Shown: positions 19,414 through 29,259, counted from the stretch's first letter. The stretch is DNA of 64,000 nucleotides from an uncultured Chloroflexia bacterium (GCA_963825525.1 CAWGTN010000003.1:128001-192000), one strand, 5' to 3'. Numbers and translations: made by a program. The notes: generated by a model not told the origin, from the sequence alone.

Positions 19414-20838
19414 TCATCCACCCATCCGATAGCCGAGCAGCCGCGGGAGACGGGCGATCAACCGAACAAGGACGTTCGGCCGCCGATCCACCTGCTCCGC
19501 ATCGTCCTTGCGAACGAGTGCCTCGCGAACGAGTCGCGCACCGACATATCGGAACGGCTCGGGTGGGAAGGGCCGCGTGCGGGCACCGACGATCGGAAGC
19601 CGCGCCAATGGGTCCTGTCCGCCGTCGGTCAGCGCGGCCAGAATTCGTCCCGCCAGACGCGACGGCCCCACGCCGTTGCCGGAGTAGCCGTGGGCATAGT
19701 GGACCCGGCCGCCATACATTGAGCCGAGCGACGGTAGGCGATCCGCGGAGATGTCGATCGGGCCTCCCCACGCATCGTCGATTCGGACGTCGGCGAGCAT
19801 CGGAAAGAGGTGGCGAAACCCGGCCGCGGCCCGCGCCACGGCCGTCCGATCCGCCACGAACCCACGCCCGATGACACCGCCAAATCCGGCCCCACCGACC
19901 CCGGCGCCGAAGGCGATTCGCCCGTCCCGCGTGGTCCGGAAGTAGCTGACGGTGAAGCGAGCGTCGGTGATCGCCTCGCCTCCGGTCCACCCAAGCTCGG
20001 CGAGGCGTTCGGGGATCGGCTCCGTGAGCACGATGTAGCTGCCCCAGGTCATGAGCCGAGTGCGAAACCCTGGCCAGCCGGCGGCCCATGCGTTCAGCCC
20101 GAGCACCACCTGCGGTGCGCTGAGCGAGCCCTGGTCGGTTTCGAGGGTCAGCGACGAGCCGGCGCGCAGGCGCCGCACCCTGGTCTTCTCGTGGATCGTC
20201 ACCCCGCGCTCAATCAGCACGCTCCGGAGGCCACGAGCCAGGATCGCCGGCTGCACCGTGGCACCTCCGGGCATGAGGACACCGGCACGGAACCGCGGCG
20301 AGGCGCAGCGCCGCTGGACGTCCTTGGCATCGACGGGAACGTAGCGGTCGGCAACCCCGAGCTCGCGGCACACGCGTACGGGTGCCGCCCACGAGTCGTC
20401 TTGGGCGCGCGACGCACTGACTTCAAGGTAGCCGCCCGGCGTGAACCAGGCGTCGACCCCATGCCGCTCGCAGAACTCCCCGATCTGGCCGACGGCGCGC
20501 TCCGACGCTCGAGCGAGCTCGACGGCGGCATCCGGGCCGTGGAGTTCGGTCAGCAGTGGAAGCTGATCCCACCATCCGTGGACGAAGCCGCCGTTCCGTC
20601 CGCTCGGACCGCCTCCGCAGATGTCCTGCTCGAGGATCACGATGCGTGCGTCCGGCATCCGCTCGAGGAGCTCGTAGGCGGTCCACATCCCGGTGTAGCC
20701 TCCGCCGACGATCGCCACGTCACATTCCGCCGGGCCGAGGAGGGCAGCTGCGGGCGGATGATCGCCTTCAGCACGCAACGCCTCGCGCAGCCACCAACTG
20801 CGTCGATCACCGGGTTCGGGGAGCACCGGATGGTCCAC
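19414..20838 (-). CDS. FAD-dependent oxidoreductase (DAO family, PuuB/OrdL-like)
   Basis: VAIVGGGYTG, GPSGRNGG, VQPA.LA, WGGPID, GYSGNGVG; next to a polyamine ABC system. Confidence 0.85.
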   Translation of the reverse strand: MDHPVLPEPGDRRSWWLREALRAEGDHPPAAALLGPAECDVAIVGGGYTGMWTAYELLERMPDARIVILEQDICGGGPSGRNGGFVHGWWDQLPLLTELHGPDAAVELARASERAVGQIGEFCERHGVDAWFTPGGYLEVSASRAQDDSWAAPVRVCRELGVADRYVPVDAKDVQRRCASPRFRAGVLMPGGATVQPAILARGLRSVLIERGVTIHEKTRVRRLRAGSSLTLETDQGSLSAPQVVLGLNAWAAGWPGFRTRLMTWGSYIVLTEPIPERLAELGWTGGEAITDARFTVSYFRTTRDGRIAFGAGVGGAGFGGVIGRGFVADRTAVARAAAGFRHLFPMLADVRIDDAWGGPIDISADRLPSLGSMYGGRVHYAHGYSGNGVGPSRLAGRILAALTDGGQDPLARLPIVGARTRPFPPEPFRYVGARLVREALVRKDDAEQVDRRPNVLVRLIARLPRLLGYRMGG

Positions 20839-20845
20839 GGCGTAC

Positions 20846-20929
20846 CTAAAGCGTTGCTACAGTTCCGCGATCCTATCGGGCCAGCGGACGGTCGGTCAAG
20901 ATTGCATGCCTGAAGCGATCCTTTAGACT
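20846..20929. promoter_or_regulatory. Divergent promoters with two more CTGAAG-N5-CTTCAG-like operators
   Basis: Operators 20846-20862 (CTAAAG-CGTTG-CTACAG) and 20910-20926 (CTGAAG-CGATC-CTTTAG); minus strand TTGACC-N18-TAGGAT; plus strand TTGCAT-N16-TAGACT. Confidence 0.72.
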
Positions 20930-20936
20930 TGGCGCC

Positions 20937-21494
20937 ATGGCCGAGCAAGACGACATGATCGGGGCAACCCTCCGCGCCGTTCGGCGACGGCAGGGCATGA
21001 CACTGCGCCAGGTGGCTGAGGCGGCGGGCGTCACCGAGAGCTTCCTGTCGCAGGTCGAGCGAGACATCGCAAGCCCATCAATCGCCACGCTGCGGCGTGT
21101 CGCGGTTGCGCTCGGCACGTCCATCGGCGTACTCCTCGACGACGTCGGCCCCCAGGGCCAGCTGGTCCGCGCGGCGGACCGCCGGATTGTCACCTACCCG
21201 GGGCTGGATGCACGCGACGAGTTCCTTACCGATGGCAGCGGTGGGCGCCTGCAGGTGATCCTTTCGGTCGTGGAGCCCGGGGGCGGCACGGGTCCGGAGG
21301 CGTATAGCCACGAGTCGGACGAAGAGTGCCTCATCGTCCTCGAGGGCGCGCTCGACCTGTGGGTGGGTGCCGAACACCATCGGCTCGAGACCGGAGACGC
21401 CATCCGCTATCCGAGCCGCACACCGCATCGCAACGAGAACCCGGGGCCGGACACCGCACGCATCCTGTTCGTGATCACGCCGCCCAGCTATTGA
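20937..21494 (+). CDS. XRE-cupin transcriptional regulator (PuuR-like)
   Basis: HTH LRQVAEAAGVTESFLSQVER...PSI; cupin YSHESDEE...PHR; divergent from the oxidase. Confidence 0.9.
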   Translation: MAEQDDMIGATLRAVRRRQGMTLRQVAEAAGVTESFLSQVERDIASPSIATLRRVAVALGTSIGVLLDDVGPQGQLVRAADRRIVTYPGLDARDEFLTDGSGGRLQVILSVVEPGGGTGPEAYSHESDEECLIVLEGALDLWVGAEHHRLETGDAIRYPSRTPHRNENPGPDTARILFVITPPSY

Positions 21495-21551
21495 CCGCGT
21501 CGCCTTCCGTTGGCGGTGCGGTGGCGGCCGGGCCGCGGTAGCATCGGCTCA

Positions 21552-22772
21552 ATGAATGAGTCCGCGTCGCGCACCCCGGTCATCGTCGATGGCATTCGAA
21601 CACCCTTCGGCCGCTATGGCGGCGCGCTGAAGGACGTTCGGCCCGATGACATGGCCGCCCACGTCATCCGTACCCTGGTGGCGCGCAGCTCTCTCGATCC
21701 GACGGTCATCGATGACGTGATCCTCGGGGCGGCCAACCAGGCGGGCGAGGACAACCGAAACGTCGGACGCATGGGGGCGCTGCTCGCCGATCTCCCGGTC
21801 GAGGTCCCCGGACAGACGGTCAACCGGCTGTGCGGCTCGGGTCTGCAGGCGGTCATCACCGCCGCGCATGCCATCGCCTACGGCGACGGGTCGGTGTTCG
21901 TGGCCGGTGGCGTCGAGTCCATGACCCGCGCCCCGTTCGTGATGGCCAAGCCATCGGCTGCATTTCCGCGCGGTGAGCAGACCATGCACGACACCACGCT
22001 CGGCTGGCGCTTCACCAATCCGCGTCTCGCCGAGGCGTACTACCCGTACTCGATGGGAGAGACGGCGGAGAACGTGGTGGAGCGCACCGGCGTCAGCCGT
22101 GAGGAGCAGGATGCCTTCGCGGTCGGCTCGCAGCAGCGGTGGAAGGCGGCGCAGGATGCCGGTCGGTTCGCCGACGAGATCGTCCCGATCGAGGTCCCCG
22201 ACGGCCGGACGACCCGGATGTTCGACACCGACGAGCATCCGCGCCCCGACGCGACCCTCGAGGACCTGGCAAAGCTGAAGCCGGCGTTCTCACGGGACGC
22301 GTCGGGATCGGTCACGGCCGGCAACTCATCGGGCATCAACGACGGGGCGGCCGCGCTCCTGGTCATGAGCGAGTCTCGGGCGCGCGAGCTGGGCCTGAAG
22401 CCGATGGCGCGCCTCGTGGCATCGGCGGTTGCCGGTGTCGATCCCGCGACGATGGGATTGGGGCCGATCCCGGCATCCCGCCTGGCACTCGAGCGAGCGG
22501 GCCTGACGGTTGCCGATCTCGACCTGGTGGAGCTCAATGAAGCCTTCGCCGCGCAGGCCGTTCCGGTGATGCGCGAGCTCGGACTGGACCCAGTGCGGAC
22601 CAACGTGAACGGCGGGGCCATTGCGATCGGTCATCCGCTGGGGGCGTCCGGGGCGCGGCTCGCCGCGACCCTGGTGCACGAGATGCGGCGCCGCGGTGCA
22701 CGGTACGGGCTTGCAACCATGTGCATCGGCGTTGGCCAGGGAATCGCCGCCGTCTTCGAATCCGTCGAATAG
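21552..22772 (+). CDS. Beta-ketoacyl-CoA thiolase (PaaJ/PcaF-like)
   Basis: [42 protein letters not shown]. Confidence 0.92.
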   Translation: MNESASRTPVIVDGIRTPFGRYGGALKDVRPDDMAAHVIRTLVARSSLDPTVIDDVILGAANQAGEDNRNVGRMGALLADLPVEVPGQTVNRLCGSGLQAVITAAHAIAYGDGSVFVAGGVESMTRAPFVMAKPSAAFPRGEQTMHDTTLGWRFTNPRLAEAYYPYSMGETAENVVERTGVSREEQDAFAVGSQQRWKAAQDAGRFADEIVPIEVPDGRTTRMFDTDEHPRPDATLEDLAKLKPAFSRDASGSVTAGNSSGINDGAAALLVMSESRARELGLKPMARLVASAVAGVDPATMGLGPIPASRLALERAGLTVADLDLVELNEAFAAQAVPVMRELGLDPVRTNVNGGAIAIGHPLGASGARLAATLVHEMRRRGARYGLATMCIGVGQGIAAVFESVE

Positions 22773-22785
22773 CGACCGGCCGCCG

Positions 22786-23991
22786 GTGTCGGACGTTCGG
22801 CTGATCTTCTCGATCCAGGCCGTTCGCGCGTTCCTCTACGGGTTCAGCAGCATCCTCATCGGCGCGTCGCTGGCGGCAACCGGCCTCGACGCGGCCGCGG
22901 TCGGCGCCGTGTTCACTGCGATGCTGGTGGGCATGGCCATCTCCGCCATGGCAGTCGGCCGATGGGGCGAGCGATTCGGTCGGCGCCGGACATACGCGGT
23001 GCTCCTCGCGATGATGGGGATCGCCGGCACCGTGTTCGCGCTGACCGGCCTGGTTCCGCTCCTCGTGCTGGCCGCGTTGACCGGCACGCTCTCCACCGAC
23101 CCGAACGAGTCCGGGCCGATCACCAGCATGGAGCAGGCCATGCTCTCCACCGCGCCGGCGACGGAGAGGGCACGGGTCTATGGCCGCTACAACGCCGTCG
23201 CGTATCTCGCGGGTGCGGTTGGGGCGCTCGCCGCCGGCGGACCGACCGCTCTGCGCGCGATCCTGCCCGGGCTGCCCCCCGACCAGCGCTGGCTGCTGCT
23301 CATGCCGATCGGCGCCGTCGTGTGCGTGATGCTGGCGCTTCGGCTCTCCACGACGGTGGAGGTCGAGCGCACGCCCATGCCCGGTGCGCGGGGGCTGCAG
23401 CGCTCGCGCGGTACCGTGCAGCGGCTCTCGGCACTTTTCGCGCTCGATGCCTTTGCCGGCGGCTTCATCGTCCAGACCTTCATGGTGTTCTGGTTCGGAC
23501 GCCAGTTCGGCGCGACGGCCGAGGTGATGGGCCTTGTCTTCTTTGCCGTCGGCCTGCTGCAGGCGGCGTCATCGGTCGCCGCCGGGTGGCTGGGCATGCG
23601 GATCGGCCTGCTGAACACCATGGTCTTCACGCACCTGCCGTCAAATGTGCTGCTCGCGCTGGTGCCGCTGGCTCCCACGTTCCTCGTCGCGGCGCTGCTC
23701 CTGATGGGCAGGTCCGCCCTGTCGCAGATGGACGTTCCGGCCCGGCAGGCGTACCTCGCGGCGCTCGTCGATCCGGCCGAGCGAACGGCGGCCGCCGCCT
23801 ACACCAATGCGGCGCGCCACGTGGTGCGGCCGGCCGGTCCGGCGCTCGCATCGGCGTCGATGGGTATGGCGGCGGGGATCCCGTTCCTCGTGGCGGGCGG
23901 TCTGAAGATCGTCTACGACCTGGCGCTGTACGTCACGTTCCGGCGGGTCTCGCTGGCTGACGACGATCCGCCTCCCACTCCCCGCGGGTGA
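22786..23991 (+). CDS. MFS transporter
   Basis: About 12 transmembrane segments, GRWGERFGRRR, MVFTHLPSN, SQMDVPARQAY. Confidence 0.9.
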   Translation: MSDVRLIFSIQAVRAFLYGFSSILIGASLAATGLDAAAVGAVFTAMLVGMAISAMAVGRWGERFGRRRTYAVLLAMMGIAGTVFALTGLVPLLVLAALTGTLSTDPNESGPITSMEQAMLSTAPATERARVYGRYNAVAYLAGAVGALAAGGPTALRAILPGLPPDQRWLLLMPIGAVVCVMLALRLSTTVEVERTPMPGARGLQRSRGTVQRLSALFALDAFAGGFIVQTFMVFWFGRQFGATAEVMGLVFFAVGLLQAASSVAAGWLGMRIGLLNTMVFTHLPSNVLLALVPLAPTFLVAALLLMGRSALSQMDVPARQAYLAALVDPAERTAAAAYTNAARHVVRPAGPALASASMGMAAGIPFLVAGGLKIVYDLALYVTFRRVSLADDDPPPTPRG

Positions 23992-24514
23992 TCGCGTACT
24001 CGACGTCCCCGTGCTCGTCGCCCGGGATCTTGTACGGCCAGTCCCCGTGGAAGAGACGAATGAAGCGCAGTCCGGACTTCTCCATCACGCGACGCGACGC
24101 GCCATGGATGGCAAGGGCGAACGCGTTCACGCGGCTCGCGCCGAGGTCGGTGAAGGCCAGGTCGACCAGCGCCCGTGAGCCCTCGGTCGCGTAGCCCTTG
24201 CCCCAGGCCGCACGCATGAATCGGTAGCCGAGCTCAGGCTCGTCGTCAGGCGCGTCCTCCTCGGGGCGCAGGTGGAACCAGCCGAGGAAGTTGCCGGTCG
24301 ACTTCTCGATAGCGGCGAAGAACCCGTAGCCGGGCCAGCGGTCGTAGTGGGCAAGCCAACGTGCCAGCACGGCGGCACTCGCCTGGGGAATTCCTCCGGT
24401 GATGTGGAACGTCACGTCCGGGTCGCTGTCGAGCTCGACGATGAGGTCGAGGTCGTCGGAAGTGAAGCGGCGGATGAGCAGCCGATCGGTCTCGACCACG
24501 AGTTCCCCGCTCAT
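23933..24514 (-). CDS. GNAT acetyltransferase (RimJ/RimL family)
   Basis: ETDRLLIRRF, ELGYR...WGKGYATE, ASRRVMEKSG. Confidence 0.92.
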   Translation of the reverse strand: MSGELVVETDRLLIRRFTSDDLDLIVELDSDPDVTFHITGGIPQASAAVLARWLAHYDRWPGYGFFAAIEKSTGNFLGWFHLRPEEDAPDDEPELGYRFMRAAWGKGYATEGSRALVDLAFTDLGASRVNAFALAIHGASRRVMEKSGLRFIRLFHGDWPYKIPGDEHGDVEYAITRGEWEADRRQPARPAGT

Positions 24515-24518
24515 CGGC

Positions 24519-25508
24519 TCAGGAGAGCTTGAGGTTCGGGAGCACCTTCTCCCCGAAGGTCGAGATGAAGGAGGCCTGGTCGCGCCCGACGTTGTGGATG
24601 TAGACCTCGTCGAAGCCCATGTCGACGAATTTCTGGATCTGGGCGGTGTGCTCCTCGAGATCGGCGCTGATGAGCATCCGATCCTTGAAGTTCTCGATCC
24701 TCACCAGCTTTGCGATGTTCGCGAAGTCCTCGGGGTTCTTGATGTCCTGCTTCGGGAATGGCATGCCGCCGTTCGGCCACTCCTTCAGGGCGTTCTCTTC
24801 GGCCTCGCCCTGCGTCGGTGCCCAGCTGATGTGGATCTGGAGCTGGGTTCGCATGGCCGATGCGTCCTTGCCCGCCTCCTTGGCGCCCTCGCGGAACTTG
24901 TCCCACAGCATCGCGATCTTCTCGTCGGCGGCGCCCACGGTGATGATCCCATCGGCGAACTTCCCGGTGCGCTTGGCATTCACCGGTCCGGCGGTGGCCA
25001 CGTAGATCGGGACCGGCTGCTCTGGGATCGTGTACAGGCGCGCCGACTCCAGGGTGAAGTAGTCACCATCGTGCTTGACGACCTTGCCGCTGAACAGCTT
25101 GCTGATGATCTCGATGCTCTCGAACATCATCCGGCTGCGTACCCCGATCTCCGGCCACTCGCCGCCGATGACGTGCTCGTTCAGCGCCTCGCCCGCGCCG
25201 AGTCCCAGCCAGAAGCGCCCCGGGTACATGGCGCCAAGCGTCGCGGCCGCATGTGCGATGACCGCGGGGTGATAGCGGAAGCCGGGACAGGTGACGGCGG
25301 TGCCGAAGGGAAGCGTCGTCCGCTGGCCGAGTGCGCCCATGAAGCTCCAGGCGAACGCACTCTGGCCCTGTTGTGGGGTCCATGGGTGGAAATGCTCGCT
25401 GACCTGGAAGCCGGCATCGAAGCCTGCGGCCTCGGATTGTTCCGCCCAGTCCAGGAGGTCCGTCGGATGGAACTGCTCGAGCATTGCCGCGTAGCCGATC
25501 TTCGTCAT
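24519..25508 (-). CDS. F420-dependent LLM oxidoreductase (Fgd/G6PDH-like family)
   Basis: GYAAMLEQFHP, SEHFHPW, TAVTCP..RYHPA, GLGAGEALNEH. Confidence 0.9.
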   Translation of the reverse strand: MTKIGYAAMLEQFHPTDLLDWAEQSEAAGFDAGFQVSEHFHPWTPQQGQSAFAWSFMGALGQRTTLPFGTAVTCPGFRYHPAVIAHAAATLGAMYPGRFWLGLGAGEALNEHVIGGEWPEIGVRSRMMFESIEIISKLFSGKVVKHDGDYFTLESARLYTIPEQPVPIYVATAGPVNAKRTGKFADGIITVGAADEKIAMLWDKFREGAKEAGKDASAMRTQLQIHISWAPTQGEAEENALKEWPNGGMPFPKQDIKNPEDFANIAKLVRIENFKDRMLISADLEEHTAQIQKFVDMGFDEVYIHNVGRDQASFISTFGEKVLPNLKLS

Positions 25509-25623
25509 GTGCCTAGCCTACCCGCTCCTCTCTTTCGGCGGTTGGGTGGGCGGCCCTCCACGGTATTGGTGGCCGCGCCTCGGTATATGGTGGGCTGGCC
25601 TCGACGGTTCCTGGAGGCGGCGC

Positions 25624-25801
25624 CTCGATCTATCACGGGATGTTCACGCGAGGCCACGGCTGCGCGTCGGATCTTCGAATTATCGAGCCCTCACGTGCGT
25701 GAGCGACGCGCGCGCGGACCCTTCACGCACCCTGCCACTCGATCCATCGCGGAAACGGCACCTGGCAAGGCTCCTCCGTGCGATTCCCTCGATCCATCGA
25801 G
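25624..25801. repeat. Doublet of 64-bp palindrome-bounded elements (locus A)
   Basis: Units 25624-25687 and 25738-25801, each CTCGATCyATC...ATCGAG; homologous to 36035-36214. Confidence 0.8.
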
Positions 25802-25840
25802 TGCGTGTCAACCGGCGCGGCACGAAAGCGGCGCGGCACG

Positions 25841-25879
25841 AAAACGGCGCCGGCCGCCCAAGGGGCACCCGGCGCCGTT
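25841..25879 (-). terminator. Intrinsic terminator of the 25895-26665 gene
   Basis: AACGGCGCCGG/CCGGCGCCGTT stem ending in TTTT on the minus strand. Confidence 0.7.
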
Positions 25880-25894
25880 GATCGCAGTCAGGAC

Positions 25895-26665
25895 TCAGGC
25901 GCCGTCACCCTCTGCATCAGTGCTCGAGTCGTCCGCGCCACCGTCACCGTGGTGGCCCGGACCGAAGTGACCGCGTCCGCCGCCGAACCCGCCGAACCCG
26001 CCCAGGCCGCGACCGTCGAACTGTCCGCCAGCTTCGAGCCAGGTGTCCAGGTGCTCGATCGCCGCATCGGCGCGAGCCTGGTCCATGCCCTCGGCGACCG
26101 CGGCATCAAGGTCCGCCTGGACCGCCGCGCGCACCGAAGCCTTGACGTCGTCGTAGGCAACGCCCTGCGTCTCGGCCAGCGCCTCGAGGGATCCGGCCTC
26201 GCGCGCCTGCCCGATGAGGTCGGCGCTCTCGATGCCCAGTGCATCGGCTGCCGCCTCGAAGACATCGCCGCCGAGGAAGCCGCGGGCCATACCCCGTTCC
26301 TCTCCGGCATGGAGGCCGCGTCCGAAGGCTCGCCCGAACAGCTCGCAGCCTTCGCCGTCATAGGCGTCGACCCGTTCGCGAAGCTCGGTCGCTCGCTCCT
26401 CGGTGAGATCGCCGGCCGCAACGGCGGCGTCGATCGCGGCGTTGGCCGCCGACTGACCGGCGCTCACCAGGCCGGCGCGATCGGTCCCGAGCTCGGACGA
26501 CAGCGTATCCAGGAACGTGTCGCAGTATTCGCCGGCCGCGCCGGTGGTCTGGCCATCGCTGGCGGCTGGTTCGTCGGTGGCCAGCGCGGAGCCGATGAGG
26601 GTTCCGCCCAGCAGGGCCGAAACCAGGAGGGCTCCGGCAAAGCCGAGTGTTTTCGTGATGCGCAT
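25895..26665 (-). CDS. Secreted helical hypothetical protein with G/F/H-rich tail
   Basis: Signal peptide MRITKTLGF...SALA; AIDAAVAAGDLT..RA and AAADALG motifs; GAGGT RBS; divergent from the two-component system. Confidence 0.75.
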   Translation of the reverse strand: MRITKTLGFAGALLVSALLGGTLIGSALATDEPAASDGQTTGAAGEYCDTFLDTLSSELGTDRAGLVSAGQSAANAAIDAAVAAGDLTEERATELRERVDAYDGEGCELFGRAFGRGLHAGEERGMARGFLGGDVFEAAADALGIESADLIGQAREAGSLEALAETQGVAYDDVKASVRAAVQADLDAAVAEGMDQARADAAIEHLDTWLEAGGQFDGRGLGGFGGFGGGRGHFGPGHHGDGGADDSSTDAEGDGA

Positions 26666-26803
26666 TGGTACCTCACTGATGTGGGTGGATGAGGGCGGTG
26701 TCGTGTCGACGGCCAACGATGAGCGGAGGCGATGAAGATCGCACCAAGATCGACGGTGCCGGTCTTCACATCGTCTGAATCGGCTCCGACTACGATGCGG
26801 CCA

Positions 26804-27517
26804 ATGGGAGCACGAATTCTGGTCGTGGAGGACGAGCCGCAGCTGCGCGCGCTCCTTCGGCTGTACCTGGAGCGCGAGGGCCACAAGGTCACCGATACCG
26901 GCGACGGTCCATCAGCCCTTGCCGCCTATGACGCCGATGGCGCCGACCTGGTGGTGCTCGACCTCATGCTTCCCGGGATGCAGGGCGAGACGGTCCTCGA
27001 GGCACTGCGCGACGCGGGAACGGTTCCGGTGCTCATCACCTCGGCCAAGCGCAGCGACGCCGAGCGCATCGCCGGGCTGCGGGCCGGTGCCGACGACTAC
27101 CTGGCCAAGCCGTTCAATCCGCACGAGCTCACCGCTCGGGTCGCAGCGATCCTGCGTCGCAGCAGGCCGATGGGTGGGGACGACCCGCCGCCGATCCTGA
27201 GTTTCGATTCCGGCAGGTTGGTCCTCGATCCCGGATCGCGCCGCTACACGCGGGCCGACGGCGAGGCCGGGCGGCTGACGCCGGGCGAGAGCGCGCTGCT
27301 GGTGGCCCTCGCCGCGCGCCCGGGAGCGGTGCTTGCGCGTCAACAGCTGCTCGACGTCGTGGCGCGACGGCCCGACGAGGTCTACGAGCGCGTGGTCGAC
27401 GTCCACGTGGCCAATCTTCGGCGCAAGCTCGGGGACGACCCCGGCGACCCGTGGCTCATCGAGACGGTGACCGCGACCGGCTACCGCCTTGTCGCCGCCC
27501 TGGATCCATCGCCGTGA
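26804..27517 (+). CDS. OmpR-family response regulator
   Basis: ILVVEDE, LDLMLP, GADDYLAKPF, VDVHVANLRRKL. Confidence 0.95.
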   Translation: MGARILVVEDEPQLRALLRLYLEREGHKVTDTGDGPSALAAYDADGADLVVLDLMLPGMQGETVLEALRDAGTVPVLITSAKRSDAERIAGLRAGADDYLAKPFNPHELTARVAAILRRSRPMGGDDPPPILSFDSGRLVLDPGSRRYTRADGEAGRLTPGESALLVALAARPGAVLARQQLLDVVARRPDEVYERVVDVHVANLRRKLGDDPGDPWLIETVTATGYRLVAALDPSP

Positions 27518-28821
27518 TGCGCGGCTGGCCACTTGCCGTGCGGCTGGCCGTGCTGCTGTCCCTGGTCGTCGTGGTCGTGCTGCTGGCGGTCGGGATCATG
27601 GTCAATCGCGCGGCATCCCGCTCCCTCGACGAGACGCTGGGGCCACGTGACCAGGAACGCCTCAACCTGGCCGCCGCGATCGTGGAGGGAGGCCTTGAGC
27701 GTGGAGCGGACCGACGCGCCATGCAACGCCTCCTGGAGCGCATCGCCATCGAAACGAGGGGGTCGGTTCGGATCGTCGACGCCGAGGGTGCCGTGCTGTT
27801 CGAGGCCGGCCGGATTCCGGCGGACACCGAGAGCGAGACCCTGACGTCCAGCCTCTCCGATGCGGCCGGAGGCGGTGCACTGGAGGTCGAGCTGCCGAGC
27901 GCCGCCGCGCCGATCGTGCGCGCCTTCAACGGCGCGCTGCTCGTGACCGGGGTGATCGGCATCGCGGCGCTGCTCATGGCTGCCACGATCGGCGCGAGCC
28001 GCATGACACGCCCGCTGCGAGACGTTGCCGCGGCGGCCCGCCAGCTCGGTGCCGGCGACCTGAGCGTGCGGGCGCGGGGTGGGGCGGATGCGGAATCGAC
28101 CGAGCTGGCCACCGCATTCAACGGCATGGCCGAGCGCCTCGAGCGTTCGGAGACCCTTCGTCGCCGCGCGGCGAGCGATCTTGCCCACGATCTCGCTACC
28201 CCGGCGACCGTGCTCGAATCGCAGATCCAGGCGATGGTCGACGGCGTGGTGCCGGCCGACGCGACCCAGCTGGATCGTGCTCGGGCGGCGGCGGCCAGCC
28301 TGTCAGGCGTCATCGGCCACCTCGGCGACCTGACCCAGGCGGAGGCCGCGCCGCTCCAGCGCCGCGCCGAGCCGGTTCGACTGGGTGCGCTGTGCGATGA
28401 GGTGGTCGCGGCGCTTCACGGCCTGCTCCTCGAACGCGACGTTCGCGCCGAGGCGTCCGGATCGGACCCGGTGGCAAGCGTCGACCGGGTCCAGGTGGAA
28501 CGTGCGATCCGCAATGTGATCACGAACGCGGTCCAGCACTCGCCGAAGGGCGGGACCATCCGGATCGCGGTGTCGGAGGCGAACGGGCCCGAGGTGCGGA
28601 TCACGGACGAGGGGAGTGGGATCGGAGCGGACGACCGACCATACGTGTTCGAGCGCTTCTACCGAGCCGACAGGTCCCGGGGGCGAATGCCCGGCAGCGG
28701 CATCGGTCTGACCGTGGCGCGCGAAATGGTCGTGGCCAACGGCGGCTCGATCGAGGTCGAGTCGACCGGGACACATGGGACCACCTTCCTGATCCGATTC
28801 CCCGGCGCGCCATCGGCCTGA
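27517..28821 (+). CDS. HAMP sensor histidine kinase (BaeS-like)
   Basis: Two transmembrane segments, HAMP, DLAHDLATP H-box, NVITNA, DEGSGI, FERFYR, GSGIGL. Confidence 0.93.
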   Translation: MRGWPLAVRLAVLLSLVVVVVLLAVGIMVNRAASRSLDETLGPRDQERLNLAAAIVEGGLERGADRRAMQRLLERIAIETRGSVRIVDAEGAVLFEAGRIPADTESETLTSSLSDAAGGGALEVELPSAAAPIVRAFNGALLVTGVIGIAALLMAATIGASRMTRPLRDVAAAARQLGAGDLSVRARGGADAESTELATAFNGMAERLERSETLRRRAASDLAHDLATPATVLESQIQAMVDGVVPADATQLDRARAAAASLSGVIGHLGDLTQAEAAPLQRRAEPVRLGALCDEVVAALHGLLLERDVRAEASGSDPVASVDRVQVERAIRNVITNAVQHSPKGGTIRIAVSEANGPEVRITDEGSGIGADDRPYVFERFYRADRSRGRMPGSGIGLTVAREMVVANGGSIEVESTGTHGTTFLIRFPGAPSA

Positions 28822-28838
28822 GCCGCACAATGGCGCCG

Positions 28839-29259
28839 ATGCCCAGGATCCTCGTGTTGCTCGCACTCGTGCTTGCTGCCTGCGCCGCGCCGACCGGCGA
28901 TGCCGTGGCGGCGTGCGACGAATCGTGGGATGCCGTGGAGCCCTTGATCGTCACACCGACCGACGAGGCTGCGATCAGCGTGCCCATCGACTGCATGGTG
29001 CGAGATCGACGAGTCGCGCATCCGGATCGGCTTTCTGATGCCCCCGGGGCCCAGCTGTCATCGGCTCAGCGGCCTCACCATCACGGAGAGTGCCGATGCC
29101 GTCGAGATCAGCATCGCCGTGTCCGTCGTCAACGACCCGCTGGCCGGCGCCTGCGCGGAGGAATCGACGCGGGCCGTGACCGAGGTGGACCTCCAGGCAC
29201 CCGTGGCCGACCGCGATCTGCTCGACGGAGGGGCTCAGCCGGTACCATCGGGGTCATGA
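28839..29259 (+). CDS. Cys-containing lipoprotein of unknown function; +1 frameshift near 29000
   Basis: Lipobox LAAC; reading continues in another frame as EIDESRIRIGFLMPPGPSC...GACAEE...DGGAQ to the stop at 29259, which overlaps the aldehyde dehydrogenase start. Confidence 0.6.
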
